Positions 9,461 to 19,617 of a stretch of DNA of 64,000 nt are shown in pieces. This DNA comes from an uncultured Solirubrobacteraceae bacterium. GTDB lineage: Bacteria; Actinomycetota; Thermoleophilia; Solirubrobacterales; Solirubrobacteraceae. Every line of letters starts with the position of its first letter. Position 1 is the stretch's first letter. Location: NCBI GenBank assembly GCA_963752015.1, contig CAVVWS010000001.1, forward strand, positions 628,382 through 692,381, in the 5' to 3' direction. The notes under the pieces are model-generated. The model saw only the letters and a program-made list of their open reading frames with translations, had not been told where the DNA came from and did no database searches. The position numbers were made by a program, and so were the translations under genes.

Positions 9461-10243
9461 GATCGAGGTGCGCCAGCACCCGGGACTCCCCAGACCGCGC
9501 CTGCGGCTCCATCACCAACCCGCTCCTTCCCATGTCTTCACGAGCGGAACGAAGTGCTACGAGCCAACGTTGCGACCCTACTCCCGTCGCCGGTTCGGCG
9601 TCGGACGACTTAGGACCTGCAAGCATCCGCGCCGTGTCTCGGAGCCTGTGCTTGGCGGCTCAGGCGTTATGCGACCTTTCTTCGCCACACGGACTAGTGC
9701 CGCCCGTCGGAGCTCGGCGTCCGCTCTGACCTCTAGTTTTGGCAGGAGCATGGACCGTGGAGTTGCGGCATCCGTGGGCGTCGGGGGAGCGTGCCCTGAG
9801 CGGGCGAAGATCGCTCGATGGGCCGCAGTTGGGACGCAGGCTCGACGGAACAGTCCTGGTAATCGCAGGGTTTCGCACCCGTTTTGACCCACCGTCTCCA
9901 TTAAACCCTGAAGTAGACTATTGACGCCTGCGGCGGCTCGTCCCGCTTGCTTTCCGCGCGTTGGGGGACGCTCCCGGCCGCATCGAGATGCTCGAGTTGG
10001 CGACGGAGCAGGAGCGTCTGGAACCGACGGGCTCCTGTACCCGGATCGGTGCGTTCAGCGCTAGTCGTGCCTGGGTTGTCGTGCTGGTGTTGATCGTGCT
10101 GCTGACCGGCGCGACGCTTGGCTCGCGCGCCGTGGGCGGGAGCCGTTCCGACGGCTCCACGCTGCCCAGGGTGAGCGCCTCGCTACATGAGGAGGAGGAT
10201 GCTTGGCCGTATTCGCGCCTAGAACGATCTGCGAGGTGATGCC

Positions 10244-10696
10244 ATGCGACCGCCGGTCCCGCCGTTTACTGAGGAGACCGCCCGCCAGAAGGTCCAGGCG
10301 GCAGAGGATGCATGGAATACGCGGGACCCGGAGCGGGTGGCGGCCGCCTACACCGAGGACTCGCAGTGGCGCAACCGGAACGAGTTCCTGGCAGGCCGCT
10401 CGGCGATCGTCGAATTTCTTCGCCGCAAATGGGATCGTGAGCTCGACTACTCGCTTCGGAAGGACCTATGGGCGGTTACGGACGACCGGATCGCCGTGCG
10501 CTTCCAGTACGAGAGCCGGGACGCGTCTGGGCGGTGGTGGCGCAGCTACGGCAACGAGCTGTGGGAGTTCGACGCCGAGGGATACATGCGACGGCGCGAG
10601 GCGAGCATCAACGACGTGCCCATCGACGAGACCGATCGCCGCATCTTCGGGCCGCGCCCCGATTCCGAGCGCGACGCACCGCTGCCGTTGGCGTGA
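10244..10696 (+). CDS. DUF1348 family protein (NTF2-like fold)
   Basis: [48 protein letters not shown]...[26 protein letters not shown] is a close match to the DUF1348 consensus as I recall it. Confidence 0.85.
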   Translation: MRPPVPPFTEETARQKVQAAEDAWNTRDPERVAAAYTEDSQWRNRNEFLAGRSAIVEFLRRKWDRELDYSLRKDLWAVTDDRIAVRFQYESRDASGRWWRSYGNELWEFDAEGYMRRREASINDVPIDETDRRIFGPRPDSERDAPLPLA

Positions 10697-10745
10697 ACGC
10701 CATCGACCGCGTGCCAGCCCTGGAATCCTCAGCGCCCGACCGCGC

Positions 10746-11168
10746 TCATGCTCCGATCTTCGCGTAGAGCTCGTGGCAATCGACCTGCTTCCCGGCGAGG
10801 AGCCGGATCATCGAGATGCCCACGCAGCACGGCGTTCGGTGACCGCTCGCGCCGCGGACCCGCGACGTGGTGGCGCGCCAGCGCGTCACCACGAGCTCAT
10901 CCTCGGCGACCTGGTCGTCGATCTGGACGTGCAGGCCGGGAAGCGCGCGCCGACGACTCGACACGAGCCGGCGCATGCCTGCGGGCCCGAGCACCCCCGC
11001 GTCGAGACAAGGGACGTGGCCCACGTAGTCGTCGGCCACCAGCTCGTCGATCAGCTCGATGCGGCCTTCGTTCCACACGGCATCGACGAAGAGCCGCACC
11101 TTCCGCTTGTTGCGTTCGGCGACGCTGTCCACCAGCGACACGATCCGCGGGCCGCTGCCATGGGACAA
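10746..11168 (-). CDS. SnoaL-like ester cyclase
   Basis: NKRKVRLFVDAVWNEGRIELIDELVADDYVGH...LHVQIDDQVAEDELVVTRW is typical of predicted ester cyclases. Confidence 0.7.
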   Translation of the reverse strand: MSHGSGPRIVSLVDSVAERNKRKVRLFVDAVWNEGRIELIDELVADDYVGHVPCLDAGVLGPAGMRRLVSSRRRALPGLHVQIDDQVAEDELVVTRWRATTSRVRGASGHRTPCCVGISMIRLLAGKQVDCHELYAKIGA

Positions 11169-11221
11169 GGGAGGGTCCCCGAGGGTTTCCCCGCGGCTTT
11201 CGCGGCGTGTATCGTCGTGGG

Positions 11222-14023
11222 GTGCCGCGGAGAACGGCCGCAGCTCTGCTCGAGCGGGAGCGCGAGCTTGCGACGTGTCGCGACGCGTTCGCGCGGGCGC
11301 GCGCGGGCGCAGGGACGCTCACGCTGATCGAGGGACCGGCCGGCGTCGGCAAGACCGGGCTGGCGCGCGGCGCGCGCGCGGCGGCCGAACAGGCGGGCCT
11401 CACGGCGCTCGACGCGACGGGCTCGGAGCTCGAGCAGCCGTTCGCGTTCGGGGTGGTGCGCCAGCTGCTCGAGCCGGCGCTCGACGGTGCGTCCGATCCG
11501 TTCGCGGGCGCGGCCGGTCCCGCAACGCGCCTGTTCGCGCGCGAGCAACGGGAGTTGCCGGCAGACGCGGGCTTCGAGGCGCTGCACAGCCTGTATTGGC
11601 TGGTCGTCAACCTCGCCGACGAGGCGCCGCTCCTCGTGCTCGTCGACGACTGTCACTGGGTCGACCGGGACTCGCTGCGCTTTCTGGCCTTCCTTGCGCA
11701 GCGCATCGAGGGGCTGCCGATCGCCATGCTTCTCGCGGGACGTCCACCCGTCGACGAGCCCGGCTCGCTGTGGGGGCAGGTGGCCGCGCGCGCCGCCGCC
11801 GTTGCGCTGTACCCGCGACCGCTCAGCGAGTCCGCGGCGGCCGCGCTGGTACGGCAGCGCCTGGGAGCGGACGCGGCGGAGGAGTTCTGCCGCGCATGTC
11901 ACACCGCGACGGGCGGCAACCCGTTGTTCCTGCGCGAGCTGCTGAACGCCGTCGACGCGGCGCGGATCGCGCCGTCGGCAGCCGCCGCGAGCGAGGTCCA
12001 GGCCGTCGGTCCCGCGGCCGTGCGCCGGTTTGTCCTGCACCGGCTCGCAGCGCTCGGCCCGGACGCGAACGAGCTGGCGCGGACGGTCGCCGTGCTCGGC
12101 GACGACACCGAGCTGGCGCTCGCCGCCGACGTGACCGGGCTGGGCGAGGAGGCCGCCGCGGCCGCGGCGGACGACCTCGTCCGGGCCGACATCTTCGTTC
12201 AGGATGCGCGCCTGGGATTCGTCCACCCCGTCGTCCGCGCCGCGCTCTACGAGGATCTCGCGCCGGGCGAGCGCGGCGCGCGCCACGCGGCGGCGGCCGA
12301 GGCGCTGGCGGACGCGGGCGCGTCGCCCGAACGGATCACGGCGCACCTGCTCCTGACCGCCGCGACCGGAGACCGGCGCAGGATCGCGACGCTCAGGTCG
12401 GCCGCCGGCGCAGCAGCCGCTGGCGGCGCCCCGGCGGCGGCCGCCGAGCGCCTCGCGCGGGCGCTGGCGGAATCGCCGACGGAGCAGGAGCGCGGGGAGA
12501 TCCTGGTCGAGCTCGGCCGCTACGACGTCGCCGCGATGGAGTTCGAGGCGGCCGAGGAACATCTGCGAGCGGCGCTGGCCTCGGGCGCCGGCCTGCCGAC
12601 GCGGGCCGACGCGGCGGTCACGCTTGCGCGCTGCGCGGTCGTGTCGGGCGGGGGCCGCGCCGCGGAAGCCGCCGTCGAGGCGCTGGCCGCGCTCGGCGAC
12701 GAGGTCCGCCCGCTCGATCCCGAGCGCTCGCTCGAGCTCGGGTCGGCGCTGCTGATGGTCACGACGGCCGTCGTGCCGCTGCGCACCCGCCTCGGCGCAC
12801 ATCTGCGGCGCTTCACCGAGGCAGCGCGCGGTCATCGGCGCTTCGAGGCCGTCGCGCGGATCCACAGCGCCCAGGAGCGGGTCGTGGCGGGCGACTCGGC
12901 CGCGGTCGCGGTGGAAGAGACGGAGGCCGCGCTGGCCGCCGGCCTCCCGCCGTCCGGCGCCACCGGCGCCGCCTTGATCGCGCTGCAGACCCTGCGGCTC
13001 GGAGGGCGCTACGACTTGACCATGCGCATGCTCGACGCCGGACTGGAGGGTGCCCGCCGCGAGGGTCACGTGACGCGGCAGGGGCTGATCTACGGCCAGC
13101 GCGCCGCGCTCGCGCTCGCGCAGGGCGCACTCAAGGACGCCCAGGTCGAGGCGGAGACCGGACTGCGCGTCGTCGATGAACGGCACTTCGCCGCTCTGCA
13201 GCTCCTCGCGGTCGCGATCGCCGCGGACGTCGAGCGCGGGGCGCTGGACGCGGCCGACGAGCTGGTGCAGCAGGGCGACGCGCTGGGGATCGCCGACGAT
13301 CGCATGTTCATCGGCGAGTACCTCACCGCCCGTGGGCGCCTGCGGATCGCCCAGGGCCGGGTCGAAGAGGGCGTCGCGGAGCTGCTCTGGTGCGGCGAGC
13401 GCCTGGAAGCGCTGGACGTGCGGTGGCCGAGCGACTGGCGGGCGTACGCGGCCGCGTCGCTCGCCGCGGAGGGCGACGCGGAGGCCGCCGCGCGGCTCGC
13501 CCGCGAGCAGCTCGCCGCCGCCCGCGGCTTCGGTGCGCCGCGCGAGCTCGGGCTGTCGCTGCGCTGTGCCGCGGCGGCGCTCGACGAGGCGGACCGGCTG
13601 CCGCTGCTGCAGGAGGCGGTCGCGGTGCTCGAGGGCAGCGGCGCGCGGCTCGAGCTCGCGCATGCGCTCGCCGATCTCGGCGCCGAGCTGGGCCGCCTGC
13701 GGCGGCGGCGGGAAGCCCGGGACGTCCAGCGGCGGGCGCTGCAGCTCGCCGACGACTGCGGCGCCGTCGCGCTGGCCGAGCGTGCCCGGGCGGAGCTGCA
13801 GGCGGGTCCGGGGCGGCGCGCGCGGATCGAGCTGACCGGGCCGAACTCGCTGACCGCGGCGGAGTGGCGGGTCTGCCGTCAAGCGGCCGAGGGGCACACG
13901 AACCGCGAGGTCGCGCAGGCGCTGTTCGTGACCGAGAAGACCGTCGAGCGGCACCTCAGCAACGCGTACCACAAGCTCGGCATCCGGTCGCGCTTCCAGC
14001 TCGCCGAGGCCATCGGCGAGTAG
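11222..14023 (+). CDS. LuxR-family regulator with N-terminal AAA ATPase and long helical-repeat region
   Basis: LLERERELATCRDAFARARAGAGTLTLIEGPAGVGKTGL, VLVDDCHWVDRDSL, TGGNPLFLRELL. C-terminal HTH LTAAEWRVCRQAAEGHTNREVAQALFVTEKTVERHLSNAYHKLGI. The start (GTG 11222 or 11207) is uncertain. Confidence 0.85.
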   Translation: MPRRTAAALLERERELATCRDAFARARAGAGTLTLIEGPAGVGKTGLARGARAAAEQAGLTALDATGSELEQPFAFGVVRQLLEPALDGASDPFAGAAGPATRLFAREQRELPADAGFEALHSLYWLVVNLADEAPLLVLVDDCHWVDRDSLRFLAFLAQRIEGLPIAMLLAGRPPVDEPGSLWGQVAARAAAVALYPRPLSESAAAALVRQRLGADAAEEFCRACHTATGGNPLFLRELLNAVDAARIAPSAAAASEVQAVGPAAVRRFVLHRLAALGPDANELARTVAVLGDDTELALAADVTGLGEEAAAAAADDLVRADIFVQDARLGFVHPVVRAALYEDLAPGERGARHAAAAEALADAGASPERITAHLLLTAATGDRRRIATLRSAAGAAAAGGAPAAAAERLARALAESPTEQERGEILVELGRYDVAAMEFEAAEEHLRAALASGAGLPTRADAAVTLARCAVVSGGGRAAEAAVEALAALGDEVRPLDPERSLELGSALLMVTTAVVPLRTRLGAHLRRFTEAARGHRRFEAVARIHSAQERVVAGDSAAVAVEETEAALAAGLPPSGATGAALIALQTLRLGGRYDLTMRMLDAGLEGARREGHVTRQGLIYGQRAALALAQGALKDAQVEAETGLRVVDERHFAALQLLAVAIAADVERGALDAADELVQQGDALGIADDRMFIGEYLTARGRLRIAQGRVEEGVAELLWCGERLEALDVRWPSDWRAYAAASLAAEGDAEAAARLAREQLAAARGFGAPRELGLSLRCAAAALDEADRLPLLQEAVAVLEGSGARLELAHALADLGAELGRLRRRREARDVQRRALQLADDCGAVALAERARAELQAGPGRRARIELTGPNSLTAAEWRVCRQAAEGHTNREVAQALFVTEKTVERHLSNAYHKLGIRSRFQLAEAIGE

Positions 14024-14141
14024 CTCGGCCCCCGCGAAACCGTAGGGGAAACACGCGGGGTCCCCCTCTTGGCACGCCCCCCGGTGACGCGGAGGATGCC
14101 GTCACCGACGCGACCGCGTGGACCGAGAGAAAGGGCTCGAG

Positions 14142-16577
14142 ATGACCGGTGGGTTGTATCGCCTCGGAGGAATCTGCGTGCGCCGGCGTTGGATCGTGCT
14201 GGCGGCTTGGCTGCTCGTGTTCGCCGCGCTTGCGGTGTTCGCCCGCTCGCTCGGACCGAACGTGAGCGACAACCTCACGCTGCCCGGCACGGACAGCAAT
14301 GCGGCCACGAACCTCTTGGAGCAGCGGTTCCCGTCCCAGGCGAACGGGATCAATCCGGTCGTGCTGCGCGCGCCGGGCGGCGAGAAGATCACCGCGTCGA
14401 AGTTCAAGACGCCGATCCACGACACGGTCGCGGCGCTCAAGGCCGATCCGGACGTGCGCAGCGCGACGAGCCCGCTGTCGAGCGACGGCAAGGCGTACCT
14501 GGCCAAGCAGGGCGAGATCGGCTACATCGCACTCAATCTCAAGCCCAGCCCCAGCGAGCTCTCGCGCGATGACGCGGACCGGCTCGTCGCGCTCGCCGAC
14601 CCCGCCCGCCACGCCGGCCTCGAGGTCGGCTTCGGCGGATACCTCGGACAGAAGGTCTCCAAGCCCGACACGCATTCGAGCGAGGTGATCGGGCTCGGCA
14701 TGGCGGTGATCGTGCTGCTGTTCACGTTCGGCACGGCCGTGGCGATGGGCCTTCCGATCTTCACGGCGATCGTCGGGCTGGTCTGCGGGCTCTCCGTCAT
14801 CACCCTGCTCAGCCACGTCGCCGTCGTGCCGACCGTCGCCCCGACGCTGGCGACGATGATCGGGCTCGGGGTCGGGATCGACTACGCGCTGTTCATCGTC
14901 ACGCGACACCTCGAGCAACGCCGCGACGGCATGGACACGGCGGAGTCGATCGCACGCGCCACCGCGAGCTCGGGCGGGGCCGTGGTCTTCGCCGGCTCCA
15001 CCGTGATGGTCGCGCTACTGTCGCTCGCCGTAGTCGGCATCCCGCTGGTCACGACGCTCGGATACACGTCCGCCCTGGTGGTCGCGGTGGCGGTCCTCGG
15101 CGCGATCACCCTGCTCCCGGCGACCCTGGGGATCGTCGGGGACCGGATCGACCGGCTGCGCATTCCGTTACCGCACCGCGGGCGCGACAACCATCCGCGA
15201 GGCTGGTTGCGCTGGGGCCGCTTCGTCGCAGGCCACCCGGTTCCGAGCGCGCTGGTCGCGATCGCCGTGCTGGCCGTACTCGCGCTGCCCGCGCTGGGCC
15301 TCTACCTCGGCCAGCAGGACAACCGCGCGATGCCCGAGAGCACCGACGCCCGGCGCGCTTCCGACGGGCTTACCGCTGGCTTCGGCCCGGGTACCAACGG
15401 CCCGCTGCTGATCAGCGTCGACCTGTCGAAGCAGCCGGCGAAGGCGGACCAGAAGCAGATCGACAAGATCAACTCCGGCGAGCAGGACAACAAGGACAAG
15501 GCCAACAAGCAGGCCCAGCAGCAGGAGGAGCAGCTCGAGGCGCAGGGGATGCCGCCCGATCAGGCGCAGGCGAAGGTCCAGCCGCAGCTGGACAAGCAGC
15601 TCGACCAGATCACCTCGAAGGCGTCGGACCAGCGCAAGCAGGCCGAGCAGCCGGCGACTGATCCGCGGTTGCAGGATCTGCGTGACGATCTGCAGAAGAC
15701 GGCCGGGGTCAAGTCGGTCACCGAGCCGCTGGTCAACAAGGACAGCACCGCCGCCGTGCTCAATGTGACGCCGACGACCGATCCCTCCGACCGTGCGACC
15801 GCCGATCTGGTCCAGCGGTTGCGCGACACGACGATCCCGAAGGCGGAGCAGGGAACCGACATGACGGTCGACGTCGGGGGCCAGACCGCCGGCTACGTCG
15901 ATCTCGCGTCAGCCATCAGCAGTCGGCTGATCGTCACCATCGCCGTCGTGGTGGCGCTGAGCTTCGCGTTGCTGTTGCTCGCGTTCCGCTCGATCGTGAT
16001 TCCGCTCACGGCGGGGTTGATGAACCTGGTGTCGATCGGCGCGGCGTTCGGCGTCGTGAGTGCGGTGTTCGAGAAAGGCTGGGGCGCGGGCCTCGTCGGG
16101 TTGCCGGGAGAAGTGCCGATCGTCTCGTTCGTGCCGTTGATGATGTTCGCGATCCTGTTCGGGCTCTCGATGGACTACGAGGTGTTCCTGATGACGCACA
16201 TCAGAGAGCATTGGCTGGCCAGCGGCGACAACAAGCAGTCGGTCATCGCCGGCATCGCGACGACGGGGCGCGTGATCACCTCGGCGGCGCTGATCATGGT
16301 CAGCGTGTTCTTCGCCTTCATCCTGAATGGCGATCCAACCGTCAAGCAGTTCGGGGTCGGGATGGGGGTGGCCGTGGCGGTCGACGCGACAGTCGTGCGC
16401 TGCCTGCTCGTGCCCGCGGTGATGGTGCTCGTCGGAAAGGCCAACTGGTGGTTCCCGGGCTGGCTCGACAAGATCATCCCGAACTTCTCGATCGAGGGCG
16501 AAGAGTGGTTCCGCGAGCGCGATCGCGCGGCGGCCGCGGCCGCCGCGAGGCCGCAACCGCCCGTCGCCGCACAGTGA
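14142..16577 (+). CDS. MMPL family transporter (RND superfamily)
   Basis: Intact ORF of about 810 aa with two 6-TM bundles (GLGVGIDYALFIVTRH..., GLSMDYEVFLMTHIRE...). Carries a Q/K/D-rich insert at about 15420-15680. Confidence 0.9.
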   Translation: MTGGLYRLGGICVRRRWIVLAAWLLVFAALAVFARSLGPNVSDNLTLPGTDSNAATNLLEQRFPSQANGINPVVLRAPGGEKITASKFKTPIHDTVAALKADPDVRSATSPLSSDGKAYLAKQGEIGYIALNLKPSPSELSRDDADRLVALADPARHAGLEVGFGGYLGQKVSKPDTHSSEVIGLGMAVIVLLFTFGTAVAMGLPIFTAIVGLVCGLSVITLLSHVAVVPTVAPTLATMIGLGVGIDYALFIVTRHLEQRRDGMDTAESIARATASSGGAVVFAGSTVMVALLSLAVVGIPLVTTLGYTSALVVAVAVLGAITLLPATLGIVGDRIDRLRIPLPHRGRDNHPRGWLRWGRFVAGHPVPSALVAIAVLAVLALPALGLYLGQQDNRAMPESTDARRASDGLTAGFGPGTNGPLLISVDLSKQPAKADQKQIDKINSGEQDNKDKANKQAQQQEEQLEAQGMPPDQAQAKVQPQLDKQLDQITSKASDQRKQAEQPATDPRLQDLRDDLQKTAGVKSVTEPLVNKDSTAAVLNVTPTTDPSDRATADLVQRLRDTTIPKAEQGTDMTVDVGGQTAGYVDLASAISSRLIVTIAVVVALSFALLLLAFRSIVIPLTAGLMNLVSIGAAFGVVSAVFEKGWGAGLVGLPGEVPIVSFVPLMMFAILFGLSMDYEVFLMTHIREHWLASGDNKQSVIAGIATTGRVITSAALIMVSVFFAFILNGDPTVKQFGVGMGVAVAVDATVVRCLLVPAVMVLVGKANWWFPGWLDKIIPNFSIEGEEWFRERDRAAAAAAARPQPPVAAQ

Positions 16578-16692
16578 TGGCGCGGCACGCGCATCAGCGC
16601 GACGCGCTGCACAGGACTGGCGGAGCACTGCTGCTTCTCGCGGAAAGCGATGGTCGACCGACGACCCGCCACTGGAGCGTGCTCGCGCGCCG

Positions 16693-17985
16693 TCAGACAG
16701 TGGTCCGTTGACGCGTGAGAGCGGTGAACTCGCCCTCGATCTCTTGCGCGAGCGTGTCGATTGCGCTGACGTGCTCCGCGTCGCCGCACAGGCCGAACGT
16801 GAGGGTCCCGCATGCGGAGAACACGGCGATCCGCAGCGCATGCCAGTCGGCGACCTCGGCGAGTGCATAGACGAAGCGGACGCGACGGCCGCAGACGCGG
16901 AGTGGGTGCTTCGGGCCCGGCACGTTCGAGACGTTGAGCGTGAAGACGTGCGGGCTCATCGTCCAGTGAACCGCGGCACGGCCGGCTGCCGGTGAGTGCG
17001 CCGCGATCTCGCGCAGGAGCGCGTCGAGCTGCTGCGCGTCGCCGGCATGTTTGCGCGCCCCGCACTCCCCTGCGATCGCGAGCAGCCGCTGCGTGGCATC
17101 GGGCTCGGTTACGGGCAGGTCGATGAAGAAGAACGAGTCCGTGTTCCCGAGTGCCTCTCCGGACTCTCCCGGTCCGTGCAGGCTCACAGGCACCTTGACG
17201 CGCATCGCGCGAAGCGGCGCATGGCAGTGCTCGAGCCAGCGGCGCAGGCCCCCGGCCGTCGCGGCCAGAACCAGATCGTTGACGGTGACCCGGGTCGCGA
17301 ACCCGCGCTTGAGCGGTTCCAGCTCGGCCAGTGGGACCGACGCGAATGCCACCACGCGCGCCGCCCCGACGCGCCGCGCGAGCGCCGATCGCGACGCGGC
17401 AGGGGCAAGCTCTCGCTCCAGCGCACCCGCGACGCGCCGGAGGTCCGTCAAGCGCGAACGCAGCGGACCGACGGCCGACGTCGGCGCTGCTGGGTGGGAT
17501 GGTGGTCGCGGAGGCAGGTCCTCCGCGTCCCAGAGCAGGACCGAGGCGATCCTCCGTGCGCCCGTGCCGTCGGCGAGCGCGTGGTGGACCTTCAGCACGA
17601 CGACGCTGCCGTCCTCGCCGGCGTCCGCGAGCTCGATGCTCCACAGCGGCGCGCTCCGATCGAGCCGCCGCTCCATGATCGGCGCGACCGCAGCGGAGAG
17701 CGTGCCGGCGCCCTCCGCCCGCCGCACGTGCCTCGTGAGATCGAAGTCAGGATCGGGCACCCAGGACGGCGGACCGCTGTGGGGCTGCAGCTCCAGCCGT
17801 TGCGTCAGCCTCGGCAGCCGCCCGATCCGGGCGCTGACCCACTCGCGCAGCTCGTCCACCCCGAGGTCGCCGCCGGGGTGCAGCACCATGACCTTGAGCG
17901 TGTGCCCGGCGATCCGCGCCGTCTCGAGCGCGAGGATCCGCGCATCCTCGGCGGTCAACGCGTCCCCGGTGACGTCCGCGCACAT
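16693..17985 (-). CDS. wax ester synthase/diacylglycerol acyltransferase (WS/DGAT) family
   Basis: Active-site motif HHALADG (VLKVHHALADGTGARR); 430-aa intact ORF. Confidence 0.85.
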   Translation of the reverse strand: MCADVTGDALTAEDARILALETARIAGHTLKVMVLHPGGDLGVDELREWVSARIGRLPRLTQRLELQPHSGPPSWVPDPDFDLTRHVRRAEGAGTLSAAVAPIMERRLDRSAPLWSIELADAGEDGSVVVLKVHHALADGTGARRIASVLLWDAEDLPPRPPSHPAAPTSAVGPLRSRLTDLRRVAGALERELAPAASRSALARRVGAARVVAFASVPLAELEPLKRGFATRVTVNDLVLAATAGGLRRWLEHCHAPLRAMRVKVPVSLHGPGESGEALGNTDSFFFIDLPVTEPDATQRLLAIAGECGARKHAGDAQQLDALLREIAAHSPAAGRAAVHWTMSPHVFTLNVSNVPGPKHPLRVCGRRVRFVYALAEVADWHALRIAVFSACGTLTFGLCGDAEHVSAIDTLAQEIEGEFTALTRQRTTV

Positions 17986-18179
17986 GGCCCTGTGAGGAAC
18001 CTATCGCGATCGTACGCCCGCCGCCGGTATTCTGTCGCGCCTGGGCGGCAGCCGCGCTGCCTTGCGCTCGCGCGCAAGCTGCTCAAGCGCAGCGATAGGG
18101 GTCGGCGCGGCTGTGACGTTCGCCATCGTCCGAAGCAGGCGCGTGCTGGCTTCGGTGGTCAGGCGCTAGAACTCGCGCC

Positions 18180-18488
18180 ATGATCACGCGGCTCTGGCAC
18201 GGGTGGACGACACGCGCGGACGCTGACGCGTACGAGCAATTCCTCCTCACCGAGTTGTTCCCGTCGATGCGGTCGATCCCGGGCTTCCGAAGCGCTGAGG
18301 TCTTGCGACGTCCGGACGGCGCCGAGGTCGCGTTCGTCACGCTCACCCGCTTTGAGTCACTCGACTCCATCCTCGCGTTCGCTGGTGCCGACTACGAGGT
18401 GGCGGTCCTCGAACCGCAAGCGCTCGCGCTGCTTTCGCGGTACGACGAGCGAGCGCTGCACTTCGAGACGGCGTCGTTCGTTGGCTGA
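18180..18488 (+). CDS. antibiotic biosynthesis monooxygenase (ABM)-like small protein
   Basis: 102 aa, MITRLWHGWTTRADADAYEQFLLTELFPSMRSIPGFRSAEVLRR...FVTLTRFESLDSILAFAG. Confidence 0.65.
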   Translation: MITRLWHGWTTRADADAYEQFLLTELFPSMRSIPGFRSAEVLRRPDGAEVAFVTLTRFESLDSILAFAGADYEVAVLEPQALALLSRYDERALHFETASFVG

Positions 18489-18821
18489 ACTCGGATGCGG
18501 CGTCCGAAGCCGGCGCGCTGTGTGGCTGCGGAGCCGAGAGCCGCCCTACCCGGCGTTGCCGGCAGCTCATTCCTTCAGCCAGGGCATGCAGAGTGTCGCG
18601 CAAGCTCTTCAGCTCTCCTGCGGTTGCTGGGTGTCCGGCGACGCGGGGAACGTCGCTGTGGAAGGCGGCGGCAGCGGTGTAGAGCTCGTCATCAAGTCGC
18701 GTGACAACGCCGATCAGCGCGTACGACCTCCGCGAGCGTGTTGATTTCCTCGAGTGCGGCAGGCTTTGGGATCGAATCCATCCGAGAAGTGTCTCGCGCC
18801 GCTAGCTGCTCCAGGGCAGCC

Positions 18822-19058
18822 CTAGGGCGACGAGGAGGCCTGACGCCGAGCTGACTTATGCAGCTCGAGCCGCGGGCGGCGTACGCCGAGTCTCCCAGTC
18901 GTCCAGGGCCGCACAGATGAGCCGCCTAGCTCGCGTACCTCCGCCACGTGGAAGCGAGACAGCTCCTCACTAGGTTCGGTCCACCCGAACCCGCCCTGTC
19001 GGTCGGCGATGAAGCCGTCCGCAGAGACGCTCATCGAGTAGATCAGCATGGGCTTCAC
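18822..19058 (-). pseudogene. dihydrofolate-reductase-family (RibD C-terminal domain) fragment, degenerate paralogue of 22250..22813
   Basis: MKPMLIYSMSVSADGFIADRQGGFGWTEPSEELSRFHVAEVRELGG parallels MLIYSMSVSVDGFIADREGAFEWTAPSEELFLFHTALVSELGG of 22250..22813. The similarity then scatters over frames (HLCG, LDDWET) and stops after about 70 codons. Confidence 0.55.
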
Positions 19059-19083
19059 GGGCGCATGATGCTATTGCTGGGGC

Positions 19084-19617
19084 ATGGCGGGCAAGGCATC
19101 GGAGCGGTTTGTCTGGGCGGTCGACACTCTGGAGGTCCGCCCGGCCGACCGCCTGCTCGAGGTCGGCTGCGGCCACGGCGTCGCGGTCTCCCTGGTCTGC
19201 GAGAGGCTGACGACGGGAACGATCACCGCGATCGACCGCTCGCCCAAGATGATCGAGATGGCCACGCGGAGGAACCGCGAGCACGTCGACGCGGGCCGGG
19301 CTGTGCTCGAGGCCATCGCGCTGGAGGACGCGGACCTCGGCGATCGGCGCTTCGACAAGGTCTTCGCCTTCAACGTCGCTCCCTTCTGGCAGCAGCCGGA
19401 GGCGGCGCTCGGTGCCGTCCGCGAGCACCTCGCCCGGGATGGGGCCGTCTACATCTTCTGGGACGCGCGCCACTCCGCGCCGGAGCGAGCCCGGGACCTG
19501 GGGAACGAGCTGGCCGACCGGCTACGCGAGGGCGGATTCTCCGTCGACAGGGTGCTGGTCGAGGACCTGCGCCCGGTCCCCGCGGTCTGCGCGATGGGGC
19601 GGCCCCAGGGCGGATGA
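19084..19617 (+). CDS. class I SAM-dependent methyltransferase
   Basis: Motif I LLEVGCGHG; 177-aa intact ORF. Confidence 0.8.
   Translation: MAGKASERFVWAVDTLEVRPADRLLEVGCGHGVAVSLVCERLTTGTITAIDRSPKMIEMATRRNREHVDAGRAVLEAIALEDADLGDRRFDKVFAFNVAPFWQQPEAALGAVREHLARDGAVYIFWDARHSAPERARDLGNELADRLREGGFSVDRVLVEDLRPVPAVCAMGRPQGG

Noticed and set aside
9961-10239. 92-aa ORF with one hydrophobic segment
   Set aside because: Weak coding bias, no start context and no family match. It could be a relic of a membrane-anchored protein.
9461-10243. Riboswitch, tmRNA, RNase P or 6C-type structured RNA in the long gap
   Set aside because: I could not match any conserved core (cobalamin box, ydaO-type, tmRNA termini, C-rich 6C loops) by eye. 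Reported only as an unexplained gap.
11051-13972. 973-aa ORF antisense to the LuxR/AAA regulator gene
   Set aside because: The translation is Arg/Gly/Pro/Ala-rich with no recognisable motifs. The opposite strand encodes a regulator with motifs matched end to end. This is a typical shadow ORF of high-GC DNA.
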